This document shows, in pieces, positions 20,311 through 29,576 of a stretch of 64,000 nucleotides of DNA. The DNA comes from an uncultured Pseudomonadota bacterium. GTDB taxonomy: Bacteria; Pseudomonadota; Gammaproteobacteria; Coxiellales; Coxiellaceae. The stretch is taken from assembly GCA_963702315.1 (NCBI GenBank), contig CAVPCA010000049.1:9111-73110 (forward strand), written 5' to 3'. Both the position numbers and the translations under genes were made by a program. The notes beneath the pieces are model-generated. The model made no database searches and was not told where the DNA came from. It was given only the letters and a program-made list of their open reading frames with translations. Within the stretch, counting starts at the first letter, position 1. Every line of letters begins with the position of its first letter.

Positions 20311-21321
20311 TCACTGATTCTCCAGGTAAACCATAATGGCCTGACTCAATTGCTCTGTTCCTTTACGATTTGCAGCTGAAATATAAAAAATCGGACCGGG
20401 CCAGTTGTTATACGTTGATGCGATTTTTTGTCCTAATAAGCTTGCTTCCTCTTCCCCAATGACATCAATTTTATTGAACACTAGCCAGCGAGGTTTGGCA
20501 GCAAGATCTGGATTGAATTGTGATAATTCATGGTTAATGACGCGAATGGCTTTTTCAGGTTCTTGGCTGTCTATTCCAGAAATGTCGACTACTTGTAACA
20601 ATAAACGTGTGCGGCTAAGATGTTTTAAAAAATGGGTACCCAAACCCACACCTTGACTCGCGCCTTCAATTAAACCCGGAATATCCGCCACCACGAAACT
20701 TTGAAATTCTCCCACTCTAACGACACCAAGGTGAGGATGCAGTGTGGTGAATGGGTATGCGGCGACCTTAGGGGTAGCCTGCGAAATAGCCCTGATTAAG
20801 GTAGATTTTCCAGCATTGGGTAATCCGCATAATCCAACATCGGCTAGCAGTTTTAATTCCAAACGCAGATCACGTTCTTCTCCGGGGGTGCCTGGGGTGG
20901 TTTGGCGAGGGCCGCGATTGGTGCTGCTTTTAAAGCGCGCATTGCCTAAACCGTGGAACCCACCTTTAGCAACCAACAATTTTTGACCGATTTCAGTGAG
21001 ATCACCGATTAATTCTTCAGTTTGGACGTCATAGACAGTGGTGCCGGGCGGAACGGGGATGAAAAGATCATCTCCACTTTTGCCGGTGCATAATTTTCCC
21101 ATGCCGGATTGGCCGTTTTGGGCTTTTAAAATTCGCTTGTGTCTAAAATCAGCAAGGGTGTTGACATGGGGTTCGGCGAGCAGATAAACGCTTCCACCAT
21201 CTCCGCCGTCTCCACCATCCGGGCCGCCTTTGGGTACGAATTTTTCACGCCGGAAACTTAAACAACCAGCTCCACCTTTTCCAGCAATAACACGGATTAT
21301 AACTTCATCGACAAATTTCAT
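20311..21321 (-). CDS. obgE: GTPase Obg/CgtA
   Basis: MKFVDEV, a Gly-rich Obg fold (GGDGGDGG), and G1 [10 protein letters not shown]3 [10 protein letters not shown]4 NKID. Confidence 0.95.
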   Translation of the reverse strand: MKFVDEVIIRVIAGKGGAGCLSFRREKFVPKGGPDGGDGGDGGSVYLLAEPHVNTLADFRHKRILKAQNGQSGMGKLCTGKSGDDLFIPVPPGTTVYDVQTEELIGDLTEIGQKLLVAKGGFHGLGNARFKSSTNRGPRQTTPGTPGEERDLRLELKLLADVGLCGLPNAGKSTLIRAISQATPKVAAYPFTTLHPHLGVVRVGEFQSFVVADIPGLIEGASQGVGLGTHFLKHLSRTRLLLQVVDISGIDSQEPEKAIRVINHELSQFNPDLAAKPRWLVFNKIDVIGEEEASLLGQKIASTYNNWPGPIFYISAANRKGTEQLSQAIMVYLENQ

Positions 21322-21361
21322 ATTTTTTTATTTTTATAAAAGAAAAGTGGATGCAAAATTT

Positions 21362-21470
21362 TCAACTTATTCCATATCCCGTGAATATTTCCCGCCGCCG
21401 CCAACTCGCGGGTTAGCCTCTCCACGGGGCCTGTCAGCTAGCAAGTCGGCAAGCAGCGGGAAATATTCAC
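21362..21470. repeat. intergenic repeat family B, copy 2 (full, with internal inverted repeat)
   Basis: It matches 11201-11278 and then continues to CAGCGGGAAATATTCAC, the inverse of GTGAATATTTCCCGCCG at its start. Confidence 0.7.
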
Positions 21471-21773
21471 TCTGCAAATGCGTTCTTTGGCGTTCTTTAT
21501 TTGGTGATCTATTGTTTGGTTTCTTCTACGCAAAACGAATTGATAGTTGCTGCTGCCTTTGCGGATGAAAGAAACTTTGCCGGCGACTAAGGCGTACAGT
21601 GTGTAATCGCGACCAATGCCTACGCCATTTCCGGCATGATATTGCGTGCCGCGCTGACGGACAATGATGTTGCCTGGGATAACGGCTTCGCCGCCAAAAC
21701 GTTTAACGCCTAATCGTTTCGAATGAGAATCCCGACCGTTGCGGGTACTACCCCCCGCTTTCTTATGTGCCAT
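21438..21773 (-). CDS. rpmA: 50S ribosomal protein L27; the annotated ORF tail is probably a frameshift artefact (expected stop at 21509-21511)
   Basis: [16 protein letters not shown]... is canonical. After ...SSNYQFV the frame reads on for about 25 extra codons. Removing one base of the A4 run at 21532-35 gives ...QFVCVEETKQ-stop, a normal ~87-aa L27. Confidence 0.9.
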   Translation of the reverse strand: MAHKKAGGSTRNGRDSHSKRLGVKRFGGEAVIPGNIIVRQRGTQYHAGNGVGIGRDYTLYALVAGKVSFIRKGSSNYQFVLRRRNQTIDHQIKNAKERICRVNISRCLPTC

Positions 21774-21787
21774 AAATTACTCCCGTG

Positions 21788-22120
21788 TTACGCCGTTTTT
21801 TTAAGACCGTGTGCTTCAATGGCCGTGACTTTAATTTTAGTAAAAGACTGACGGTGCCCTTGATGCTTTAGGTGATGTTTACGACGTTTGAGCTTGATAA
21901 TTTTAATTTTTTTATCTCGCCCATGCCCAACAATTTCAGCGGTGACCTTGGCATGGCTCAGCAAAGGCTGACCGACCTGAGATTCTTGCCCATCGCTGAC
22001 CAATAAAATTTCATCAAAAGTAACGACGCCACCCGTTTCAGCAGGAATTTTCTCCAATTTGAGCGTCTGGCCCAAACTAACCCGGTACTGCTTGCCACCG
22101 TTGCGGATAATTGCATGCAT
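21788..22120 (-). CDS. rplU: 50S ribosomal protein L21
   Basis: MHAIIRNGGKQYRV... in the conserved rplU-rpmA-obg order. Confidence 0.9.
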   Translation of the reverse strand: MHAIIRNGGKQYRVSLGQTLKLEKIPAETGGVVTFDEILLVSDGQESQVGQPLLSHAKVTAEIVGHGRDKKIKIIKLKRRKHHLKHQGHRQSFTKIKVTAIEAHGLKKTA

Positions 22121-22188
22121 GTTCTTACCCCTTAACCTTCTCTTCAAAAGAGGGTTATTTTAAGACAGTAGAAGCAAATTAGCAAGCT

Positions 22189-22492
22189 CTATTGGTGCTT
22201 ATGCTGATGTTTTAGAAATGACTTAGATCTCAACCTAGAAATACCCTCAGCTAAGATAATTTTCATTAGCGATTGATAAGGTACATCTCCTTTATTAGCA
22301 AAAATTTTTAGCTCATTAAAAAGCGCTTCCGGTAATCGTAAAGAAATAGTTTTAGTCGAAGCTTTTAGATTGGGAAACTTTGCCAGCTTTGCTTTCGACC
22401 AATCTATATGATTAGTCGAGTCATGTTCTTGCCAATATGCTCTTTCTTCATCTTCATTATTAAATTTTGGAATCTTCTTTAGCTTTGCTCAT
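22189..22492 (-). CDS. brnA: BrnA-type antitoxin (ribbon-helix-helix), 5-prime end frameshifted
   Basis: The open frame reads ..KKIPKFNNEDEEERAYWQEHDSTNHIDWSKAK..ISLRLPEALFNELK..VPYQSLMK. The ATG at 22492 is in the +1 frame. Deleting one base of the T3/A3 run at 22484-86 joins them as MSKLKKIPKF... Confidence 0.6.
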
Positions 22493-22799
22493 AAATTTTA
22501 CGCTCCTTTCTATGCATATCACGAGCTGAAATGACTCTTATCAGAGAATTTCTCACTGTAAAAGAAATAAATAGCTCGCGGTTATCATCCGTCCTACCCA
22601 AGGCATACATACGAGTCTCACTACTCGAATGTTTAATGTCTTCCGCTAATAAAAGCGGCTCATTAAAAAATATTTGCTCACATTCCCAATTGGAAACACC
22701 ATGCTTATTAGAGTTTTTATTGCGATTACCTTCATCCCAATCGAAACCAACAATCTGCTGAAAAAATATGTCCTTCATATACGAATTGTATATTATCAC
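22479..22799 (-). CDS. brnT: BrnT-type toxin (DUF497)
   Basis: FDWDEGNRNKNSNKHGVS...RVISARDMHRKERKIY is the DUF497 signature. It overlaps the brnA start. Confidence 0.75.
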   Translation of the reverse strand: MIIYNSYMKDIFFQQIVGFDWDEGNRNKNSNKHGVSNWECEQIFFNEPLLLAEDIKHSSSETRMYALGRTDDNRELFISFTVRNSLIRVISARDMHRKERKIYEQS

Positions 22800-22966
22800 A
22801 ATATATAATCAACCTCGCAAAGTCTTTATGCAAAAATCTTTATCGATCTTATTGCTGATCTTTTTTTAAGCTTAGGTTGTTTATGTGCTTAGCAATCTAG
22901 AGGTTTTAACTAATCGTTCGGCGATTTGACTTGACACCGGGGGGCAGACTCCCTAGCATGGTCTCA

Positions 22967-23978
22967 ATGAAAGCCATCGACAGACCTAATGTTTCATCGC
23001 GTCAAATCCTCAGCGAGATACAGGAATTATTAGCAAAGGATTTGGAGGCTACCGATCATCTGATTACGCAACAATTGGTCTCCGACGTTCCCATCATTCA
23101 AACTATAGCCAAGCATATAATAAAGAGTGGCGGCAAGCGCCTTCGGCCTTTGCTGGTGTTGCTAACCGCGAATTATTTTGGTTACCAAGGCTGTGAACAT
23201 CATGAACTGGCGGCCATTATTGAATTTGTACATACCGCCACCCTACTCCATGACGATGTTGTCGACGGCTCCAAGTTACGGCGTGGTCAGGAAACCGCCA
23301 ATCAAATCTGGGGCAATCAGGTCAGTGTGCTGGTTGGCGATTTTTTATACTCACGCGCCTTTCAATTATTGACTCAGCGCAGCCATATCGCGGTGATGAA
23401 AGTGCTGGCGCAAACGACCAATGAGATTGCTGAGGGCGAAGTAACGCAATTGGTTTATCGCCATGATCCCACGGTAAATGAAAAAGCTTATTTAGAAGTG
23501 ATTCATCGAAAAACCGCTTGTCTATTCAGTGCCGCCGCACAAATCGGCGCTATTTTGGGCAGGCGCCAGTAATGAACAAAAAGCTTTTGCCGATTATGGT
23601 TTGAATCTGGGCATGGCCTTTCAAATTGTTGATGATTTATTAGATTACATGGTCAACAAAGCTGATATGGGCAAAAATAAAGGGGATGATTTATCGGAAG
23701 GCAGACCGACTTTGCCCTTGATTTATGCTTTAGAAAACGGCTCTGAATCCGACAAATTAGTGATTCGCGAAGCCATTGAGACGGGTGATGTGACTCAATT
23801 AGACCAAGTGGTCAATACTCTCATTACCACCAAAGCTCAAGAATATACCTTATCGATTGCAAAAAATTATGCCGATAAAGCGCGGATCGCACTCGGTCAA
23901 CTTTCCGGTTCCGCAACCAATACTTATTTTCAAGCGCTTGACCATCTCATCGATTTTGTCTTAAATCGTAATTATTAA
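22967..23978 (+). pseudogene. ispB: octaprenyl-diphosphate synthase split by a single-base frameshift (possibly a sequencing artefact)
   Basis: ORFs 22931..23572 and 23529..23978 carry the two DDxxD motifs (LLHDDVVD and QIVDDLLD). Removing one G of GGG at 23557-59 restores ...AILAGASNEQKAF... Confidence 0.85.
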
Positions 23979-23988
23979 AATATCTTTT

Positions 23989-24062
23989 CGGGGTGTGGCT
24001 CAGCCTGGTAGAGCACTGCGTTCGGGACGCAGGGGTCGCAGGTTCAAATCCTGTCACCCCGA
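23989..24062 (+). tRNA. tRNA-Pro, anticodon CGG
   Basis: Hand-folded cloverleaf of 74 nt with no encoded CCA. Acceptor CGGGGTG/CACCCCG, D arm GCTC..GAGC, anticodon arm CTGCG-TTCGGGA-CGCAG, T arm GCAGG-TTCAAAT-CCTGT. Confidence 0.9.
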
Positions 24063-25232
24063 TTTCTTTCTAAATTGTTCAATACCTTTAACTTCGATCT
24101 GCTCAGTCAATGGAAATTTTAGCGCCCCGGGAATAACGACATAAAGCTTTTGCAATCCTAATAATTTTACCGCATGCTGCATAGAAAGCGTTATCTTAGG
24201 ATGGTCGGTGTATTTTACTTCAAAACCCAATTTTTGGCCCTCTTTGAAAAGCAAAAGATCTAGTTCGGCATCATTATGAATTCCCCAAAAATAACACTCC
24301 TCAGCCCTTACCTTATAGAATCTAATGACTTCTTCCAAAGCAAAGCCTTCCCAAGAGGTGCCTAATTTTGGATATGTCATTAAGTGGTTGAAAGTATTAA
24401 GGCCAGCCAAGCTGTGTAGAATTCCGCTATCTCGAAAATATATTTTAGATGATTTTACCTGCCTTTTTTTAATATTTTCAAACCAGGGTTGTAATTCACG
24501 AATCATAAAAGTCCCGGTTAAAATATCCAAATAATGCCGCATAGTATTGTGAGAAGAGCCCATCGCGTTCGCAATCATTGAAGAATTAAAAATTTGGCCA
24601 TGATAATGGATCAGCATCATCCAAAATCTGCGTAAAGCTGGTGGAGGAATACGAAAACCTAAATTAGGGATATCCCGCTCCAAAAAAGTTGCAATGTATT
24701 CTTGTCTCCACTGACCACTGATCATATCGGTTTCAGCCAAGTAAGACTTTGGGAATCCGCCACGAAACCATAGCTGATCAACGCTTCCCGTTTCTTGTAT
24801 GTTAAAAGGTGTCAATTCAATCTGACTGATACGGCCAGCTAAAGTTTCGGAACTTTGCCGCAGTAATTCTTTTGAAGCGCTACCTAATATCAAAAATTGA
24901 CGATCTTGATGCTCATCTACCAACACCCTTAATGTGGGAAACAAATCGGGCCTACGCTGAATTTCATCGATGACAATTAAGCCTTTCAGCCTTTGTAAGG
25001 CCAATTTCGGATTCTCTAGTTGACTAAGACTGGTTATGTCTTCTAGATCAAATACAGTTACCGGCTGTGATTGAGCCTTAGCGTATTCTTTTGCTAAGGT
25101 GGTCTTCCCCACTTGATGTGGCCCGAGTAATGCAACGACGGGGGTTACTTTAAATGCGTCATTAATATTGTCTATAAAATCAGCTCTTTGCATATTTTTT
25201 TGAAAATTGTCAGTCTTGTTGACAATTATCAT
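24054..25232 (-). CDS. AAA+ ATPase with DUF4143-type C-terminal domain
   Basis: 392 aa with Walker A LLGPHQVGKTT and Walker B LIVIDEIQ. The architecture is recalled as AAA_14 plus DUF4143. The stop codon lies inside the tRNA-Pro 3-prime end. Confidence 0.8.
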   Translation of the reverse strand: MIIVNKTDNFQKNMQRADFIDNINDAFKVTPVVALLGPHQVGKTTLAKEYAKAQSQPVTVFDLEDITSLSQLENPKLALQRLKGLIVIDEIQRRPDLFPTLRVLVDEHQDRQFLILGSASKELLRQSSETLAGRISQIELTPFNIQETGSVDQLWFRGGFPKSYLAETDMISGQWRQEYIATFLERDIPNLGFRIPPPALRRFWMMLIHYHGQIFNSSMIANAMGSSHNTMRHYLDILTGTFMIRELQPWFENIKKRQVKSSKIYFRDSGILHSLAGLNTFNHLMTYPKLGTSWEGFALEEVIRFYKVRAEECYFWGIHNDAELDLLLFKEGQKLGFEVKYTDHPKITLSMQHAVKLLGLQKLYVVIPGALKFPLTEQIEVKGIEQFRKKSG

Positions 25233-25334
25233 AATAATTTTACACTCAATTAAAAATTAAATCAAAAAATATAACTCATTTAAAATTCCCAAATTTGTTA
25301 GCGCGGGCACTCTTAAAGCCCTTCTCCCGCAAAA

Positions 25335-25416
25335 TGTCGGTGTCAGCCATAACATCTTCAGATGGTTATGTTGTTGTTTTAAATTGTTTTTTTTATTTCT
25401 AGTCATCAGTGACACC
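25335..25416 (-). repeat. GGTGTCA-ended ~80-bp repeat, copy R1
   Basis: TGTCGGTGTCAGCCATAACATCTTCAGATGGTTATG...CATCAGTGACACC is about 80 percent identical to 26447-26521. Its reverse complement resembles 32678-32756. Confidence 0.6.
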
Positions 25417-25425
25417 ACTATTTCG

Positions 25426-25446
25426 CAAATCCTGTCACCCCGATTT
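25426..25446 (+). repeat. direct repeat of the tRNA-Pro 3-prime end (att-like)
   Basis: CAAATCCTGTCACCCCGATTT is identical to 24045-24065. Confidence 0.85.
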
Positions 25447-25484
25447 TTTTCCTTGAACCACATGCGAAGCATCAAAATCACGGT

Positions 25485-25660
25485 ATTGAAAACCTAAATT
25501 AGCAGCAGCCTACGCAGAACTTTTGGGATATTCTAAAGAGCAGTTTATTCGCTTGTCCTTGCAGGATTTGATTGATCGGGATGGTTTTAATTTTAAGGTT
25601 GAACTCATTCCAGCAGAAAATAGAAAACTGCCGACAACAATACAGTCTCATCGTGAGTGA
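25485..25660 (+). pseudogene. possible remnant of a PAS-domain sensor gene
   Basis: An open frame with no start reads IENLNLAAAYAELLGYSKEQFIRLSLQDLIDRDG. This resembles the N-terminal PAS core. It is very short. Confidence 0.25.
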
Positions 25661-25677
25661 TACTACCCTCCCTGGTA

Positions 25678-25697
25678 CGGGGTGTGGCTCAGCCTGG
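25678..25697 (+). repeat. copy of the first 20 nt of tRNA-Pro
   Basis: CGGGGTGTGGCTCAGCCTGG equals 23989-24008. Confidence 0.75.
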
Positions 25698-25708
25698 GAA
25701 AGATTAAA

Positions 25709-26137
25709 TCAAATCACAGAATTTAAGAAATCAGGTTGGTATAATTTTAAAGCGGTATGTTTTGCATAAAAACTAAAATCTTGGTCCAGGGTAAATACTG
25801 GAATTTCTCGATTAATTGCCACTGCAGCGATTAAAAAATCCACATGAGAGCCTTGTATACCATGACTGCGGCAATGGTTAAACAACTCCGCTGCAAATTC
25901 AAAGTCCAAAGTTTCAAGCTGCAAATCCGGAAATGCCTCTAAATAAGACTTCAACTGATTAAATTGAACGGATGATTTAATCCCCGATAATAATTCTTGT
26001 CGAATTGATCCAAAAATAACGACTCTAGCGTTTGCAACTAAAGTTGCTAACTCATGAATATAATCCTGTAATTCAGCTGTAACCCCTTGTTTACGCAAGG
26101 CTAGAGACCAAACACTTGTATCCACTAAAACCGGCAT
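25709..26137 (-). CDS. vapC: PIN-domain toxin VapC
   Basis: 142 aa, MPVLVDTSVW with the acidic PIN residues. It overlaps the antitoxin stop by 1 nt. Confidence 0.85.
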   Translation of the reverse strand: MPVLVDTSVWSLALRKQGVTAELQDYIHELATLVANARVVIFGSIRQELLSGIKSSVQFNQLKSYLEAFPDLQLETLDFEFAAELFNHCRSHGIQGSHVDFLIAAVAINREIPVFTLDQDFSFYAKHTALKLYQPDFLNSVI

Positions 26138-26334
26138 TAACGATCCCTCTCATTTTTATAATTATATTTTGGATCATATTCAATGGTACCAAACAAGTTG
26201 AGGATTTTTTCTTGTTTATGACGTTGAATATATTCTTTTAAGGCAACATTCACTGTTTCTTTTTTAGTCTTGTGATGCCCAATGGTTTGTGCTTCATTTA
26301 ACAATTTATAATCAATTGCCAAGTTCGTAGCCAT
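26137..26334 (-). CDS. vapB: VapB-type antitoxin
   Basis: A small ORF upstream of and overlapping vapC. The start was trimmed to MATNLAIDYKLLNEAQ... Confidence 0.7.
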   Translation of the reverse strand: MATNLAIDYKLLNEAQTIGHHKTKKETVNVALKEYIQRHKQEKILNLFGTIEYDPKYNYKNERDR

Positions 26335-26446
26335 ATTTTTCTCCAAATCACTTGTTTCACACAATATATTACACAATGAAATGTGTGAATTCAAGTAATA
26401 GCCCCATTAACACCAATAGATACCGGCTTTTTCTGTAGTTTCCCTG

Positions 26447-26521
26447 CTGTCAGGCATAACATTTTTAGTATGTTATTGTTTTTTAAATTGTTTTTTTGCC
26501 TTCTAAGTGATTAGTGACACC
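26447..26521 (-). repeat. GGTGTCA-ended repeat, copy R2
   Basis: CTGTCAGGCATAACATTTTTAGTATGTTAT...GATTAGTGACACC aligns with R1. Confidence 0.6.
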
Positions 26522-26599
26522 CTATTCCCATTATTAGTACGCATAACCTATTCATTTTTAATGAGTTTTAAGAAATCTTTTTTTCAAAAGGCATTAATT

Positions 26600-26620
26600 T
26601 TTAATAAATTCTTAACATAG
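26600..26620 (+). promoter_or_regulatory. possible PmrA-type tandem half-sites
   Basis: TTAATAAATTCTTAACATAG has TTAAT and TTAAC starting 11 bp apart, about 140 bp upstream of the ATG at 26756. This is weak in AT-rich DNA. Confidence 0.2.
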
Positions 26621-26755
26621 GCTTGTTAATCTGTATTTAACTTGGTTAAAAACCAAACTGACTCTAAAAAGACCCAAGGATTCAAGCAATCAGGGCATAT
26701 AAAAGCATATGGATGGAAGCTGATTTTTTTAAAAACAAAAATGAGGAGCAAAATC

Positions 26756-29576
26756 ATGTTCGATCCATTCAAAGCTATGGCCCTAAAATCTCTTATGGAC
26801 CAAGGTGTAAACGCAGTAGGCAAACAAGCTATTCAACTAGTAACCATGATGGCTCCCAAAGAAAGTAAAGAGTCGACAATTAATGAAATGCCAATAATCA
26901 TTGGCGGATATACACCAGGAAGTGATAATAATAATTTTGTGAAATTGTGGGATAGTTTTCACAAAAGATTTTCTCCAAGCGATACCTTTAGAACAAATTT
27001 TGTGGGACGCTTCATTGGTAAAAACACTACTAAGTTATGTATATACAATGCTGTGGATATTGCAGAACACCCTAGAACATACCAAAATCTAATTTGTCAC
27101 AAAGTTGGAGAAATAATTCGCAATTGGGTTGAAACCGGCGATGACAAAAATACAAAATTAATTAATAACATTAAAACTTTTGCTGCTTCATTATTATGGA
27201 CTGCTATTATTATTGTTGATCAAAAACCAGCTGGGAGCCATACACTTAGATTATTTTTATTAGCAATACAAAGTATTTGCAATGAATTCATTAAAAACAC
27301 AGATTTAATACAATCAACTAATTGGTCTGGACATAAAACGAAAACAGCCTTAGAAGAAATCGTGGAAACCATCACTGAATATGTGAATGAATGCAACGCA
27401 GAAGATGCCAAAACTGAACTGCAACATAATGCCAAATGTTTTACAGAAACCTTAGAAGCGACCAATCAGGAATGTCGAATATTATCATTAAGACTCTTAT
27501 TTAATAAAACCCCGCTTCACTCTCTTTTTTCAAATACGAAAAACGAAGAGATTCTATTACGCACAAAAAATTACGAAGATTTTAAAGGAGAAACCTCTAG
27601 ATTGGGCGAATCAAATGTAGATTTGGCGCAGCTCATAAAGGACAAAGCGAATTACAATTTTGTGAAAAGAAGTATTTATTCAATCAAGTTCTCAACCCAA
27701 ATGATACCAGCGAACCTAATTCCAATGACAGAGAAGCGATCAAAAAAGGAATTGGCCCTATATATTCTCAATTAAACTTACCTGGGGGTGTAGGAGAGGA
27801 CGTTCTGGTAGCTTATATGGAAGTCTTATACGACTTCATTGCCGCAGTTAACGAAAGTACCCTTGTATTGGCTGAAATGGAGAAGATTCAAAAAATTCTA
27901 AATATAATGGGAGAATCTACACGAGCATTGGGCAAACCAACCTATTAAAGATACATTGGCAAGAGCCAATATAATGTTGACTGGGTTAGAAGAGAAATTG
28001 AAAGGCATTAAACAAAAAGGCGACGAGTTAAGCCAAAAAAAAGAGATGTCGGGGGAGTGGGATTCCCTTGTAAAATCCTTAATTTTTACATCCATAATGT
28101 TAGCGCATCCTGTGCCTCATCTAAGATATATATGCAAGAAATGAATAATGCGCTTAACCCAAGGCATGTATTAGAGAAATTTAAATCAGCAACAAAATAT
28201 TTAATAACCGCCTCCAAAGGAGAAGGAGATCGTATTTCTGAAGATGCGCAAGCTACTGCACACATGCTTAACCAGATATCAGGAAATTTAGAACAAGTTC
28301 TCGTTTCACATCCAGCTTCAAATCCTAGTCAAACAGAGGCAAGAATTGAAATAAAACTAGAAAGTAAAGATATTCAATCTATCGAAAACAACACTGATCT
28401 TTCAACCATCGTTAGAGTAAAGACAACCAAACCTGTTATCGAAAAATTGCAAGAGCTGAATAATAAAAACTTGATTAAATCTGATTTTGTATTGGCGACC
28501 CTGAGTAATTTTCATAAGCATCAATACCAGGCAAAGTTAACACTTGCAGACAATATACCTGGGTTTTCTACAAAAGTATTTGATGTCATTATCTAGCAAT
28601 CCAGAGAGTTACCTTAAAGATGAACATTCTTTTAGAAATCCGCTTTGTGTAAAATGGATGAATGAGATTAAAGATGCTTACAATAAGATGGAAACTGCCG
28701 AACACTTATGAACCAAGCTGTCAAGAAGAAGCGAATCAGTCTTTCCGTTTATAACGATCATATTGCTGCTCCTGTTGTTTTTGCTATCAGCATTTTAATT
28801 GGCTATGTAGAACGCATCAATCAATCAACCGCCAGGGGTGAAGGGCATGCAGTGGCAACTGCAATTGAGGCTGAAGAATTCAATCAAGTTCTTAATGCAT
28901 TTACCAGCATGAAGCTGTTTAAAGAAAATAATCCTATAAATAACATATTCACTAATTCATTAAACTCTTTAATTAAAATTCATAAAGATTTTGAGACAGA
29001 AAAAAATCTGATCAATGAACAAAAAACCATTTATTTAAATGCCAAAACATTGACAAGGGAATAAAGTCTATTTCTTTTGAGTACGATACGACTTTATTAG
29101 AAATATTATTAGGGAAATCTGTTAAATATATTTTTGCCCGCAAAACCTATATAGATTACATTAAAGAATCAAACGATTATGACTCCTTTAAAAAAAGGAT
29201 TAATGAAAAACTTACACCACAAAAACGAAAATTAGTGCTCAATGTCATTTCTGATAAAAACGAATTTTTATTAGTAAAATCCGTTTTTTACAACCTTCTC
29301 TTTCTGAAGCTCAAAATAAAGAAATTATTAAAAAACAACTCGAAAAAATCATCAATGTATGGGATTACCAAAGACAATACGAAGATTATCAGATATTAAT
29401 AAATGTAATAACAGATGCAACGCTTGATTTTATTGAGCTTAAAAAATTAATAGAGCATCATCAAAAAATGATAGCTATTTCAGCATATTGGGGGAAATTT
29501 AAGTGGTGTTCTTTACCAAGGTTTACAATCCTCCAATAAAAAAATTCTGGATTGTCTTTCCAGGATTAGGAAAAAC
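26756..29576 (+). pseudogene. chain of at least 7 same-strand ORF pieces that pass into one another by +/-1 frame changes; effector-like, no family recognised
   Basis: The pieces are 26756-27775, ~27661-27948, ~27933-28144, 28057-28596, ~28578-28709, 28708-29064, ~29058-29470 and 29475 onward. Each neighbouring frame is already open before the previous stop. Breaks coincide with runs such as A4 27665-68, T5 28083-87 and G5 ~29490. RBS GAGGAG lies 7 nt before 26756. Confidence 0.5.

Noticed and set aside
21438-21510. In-frame repeat insertion extending ribosomal protein L27, as with Rickettsia palindromic elements
   Set aside because: A one-base change in an A4 run restores a canonical L27 C-terminus and stop upstream of the repeat. 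The extension is therefore better explained by a frameshift.
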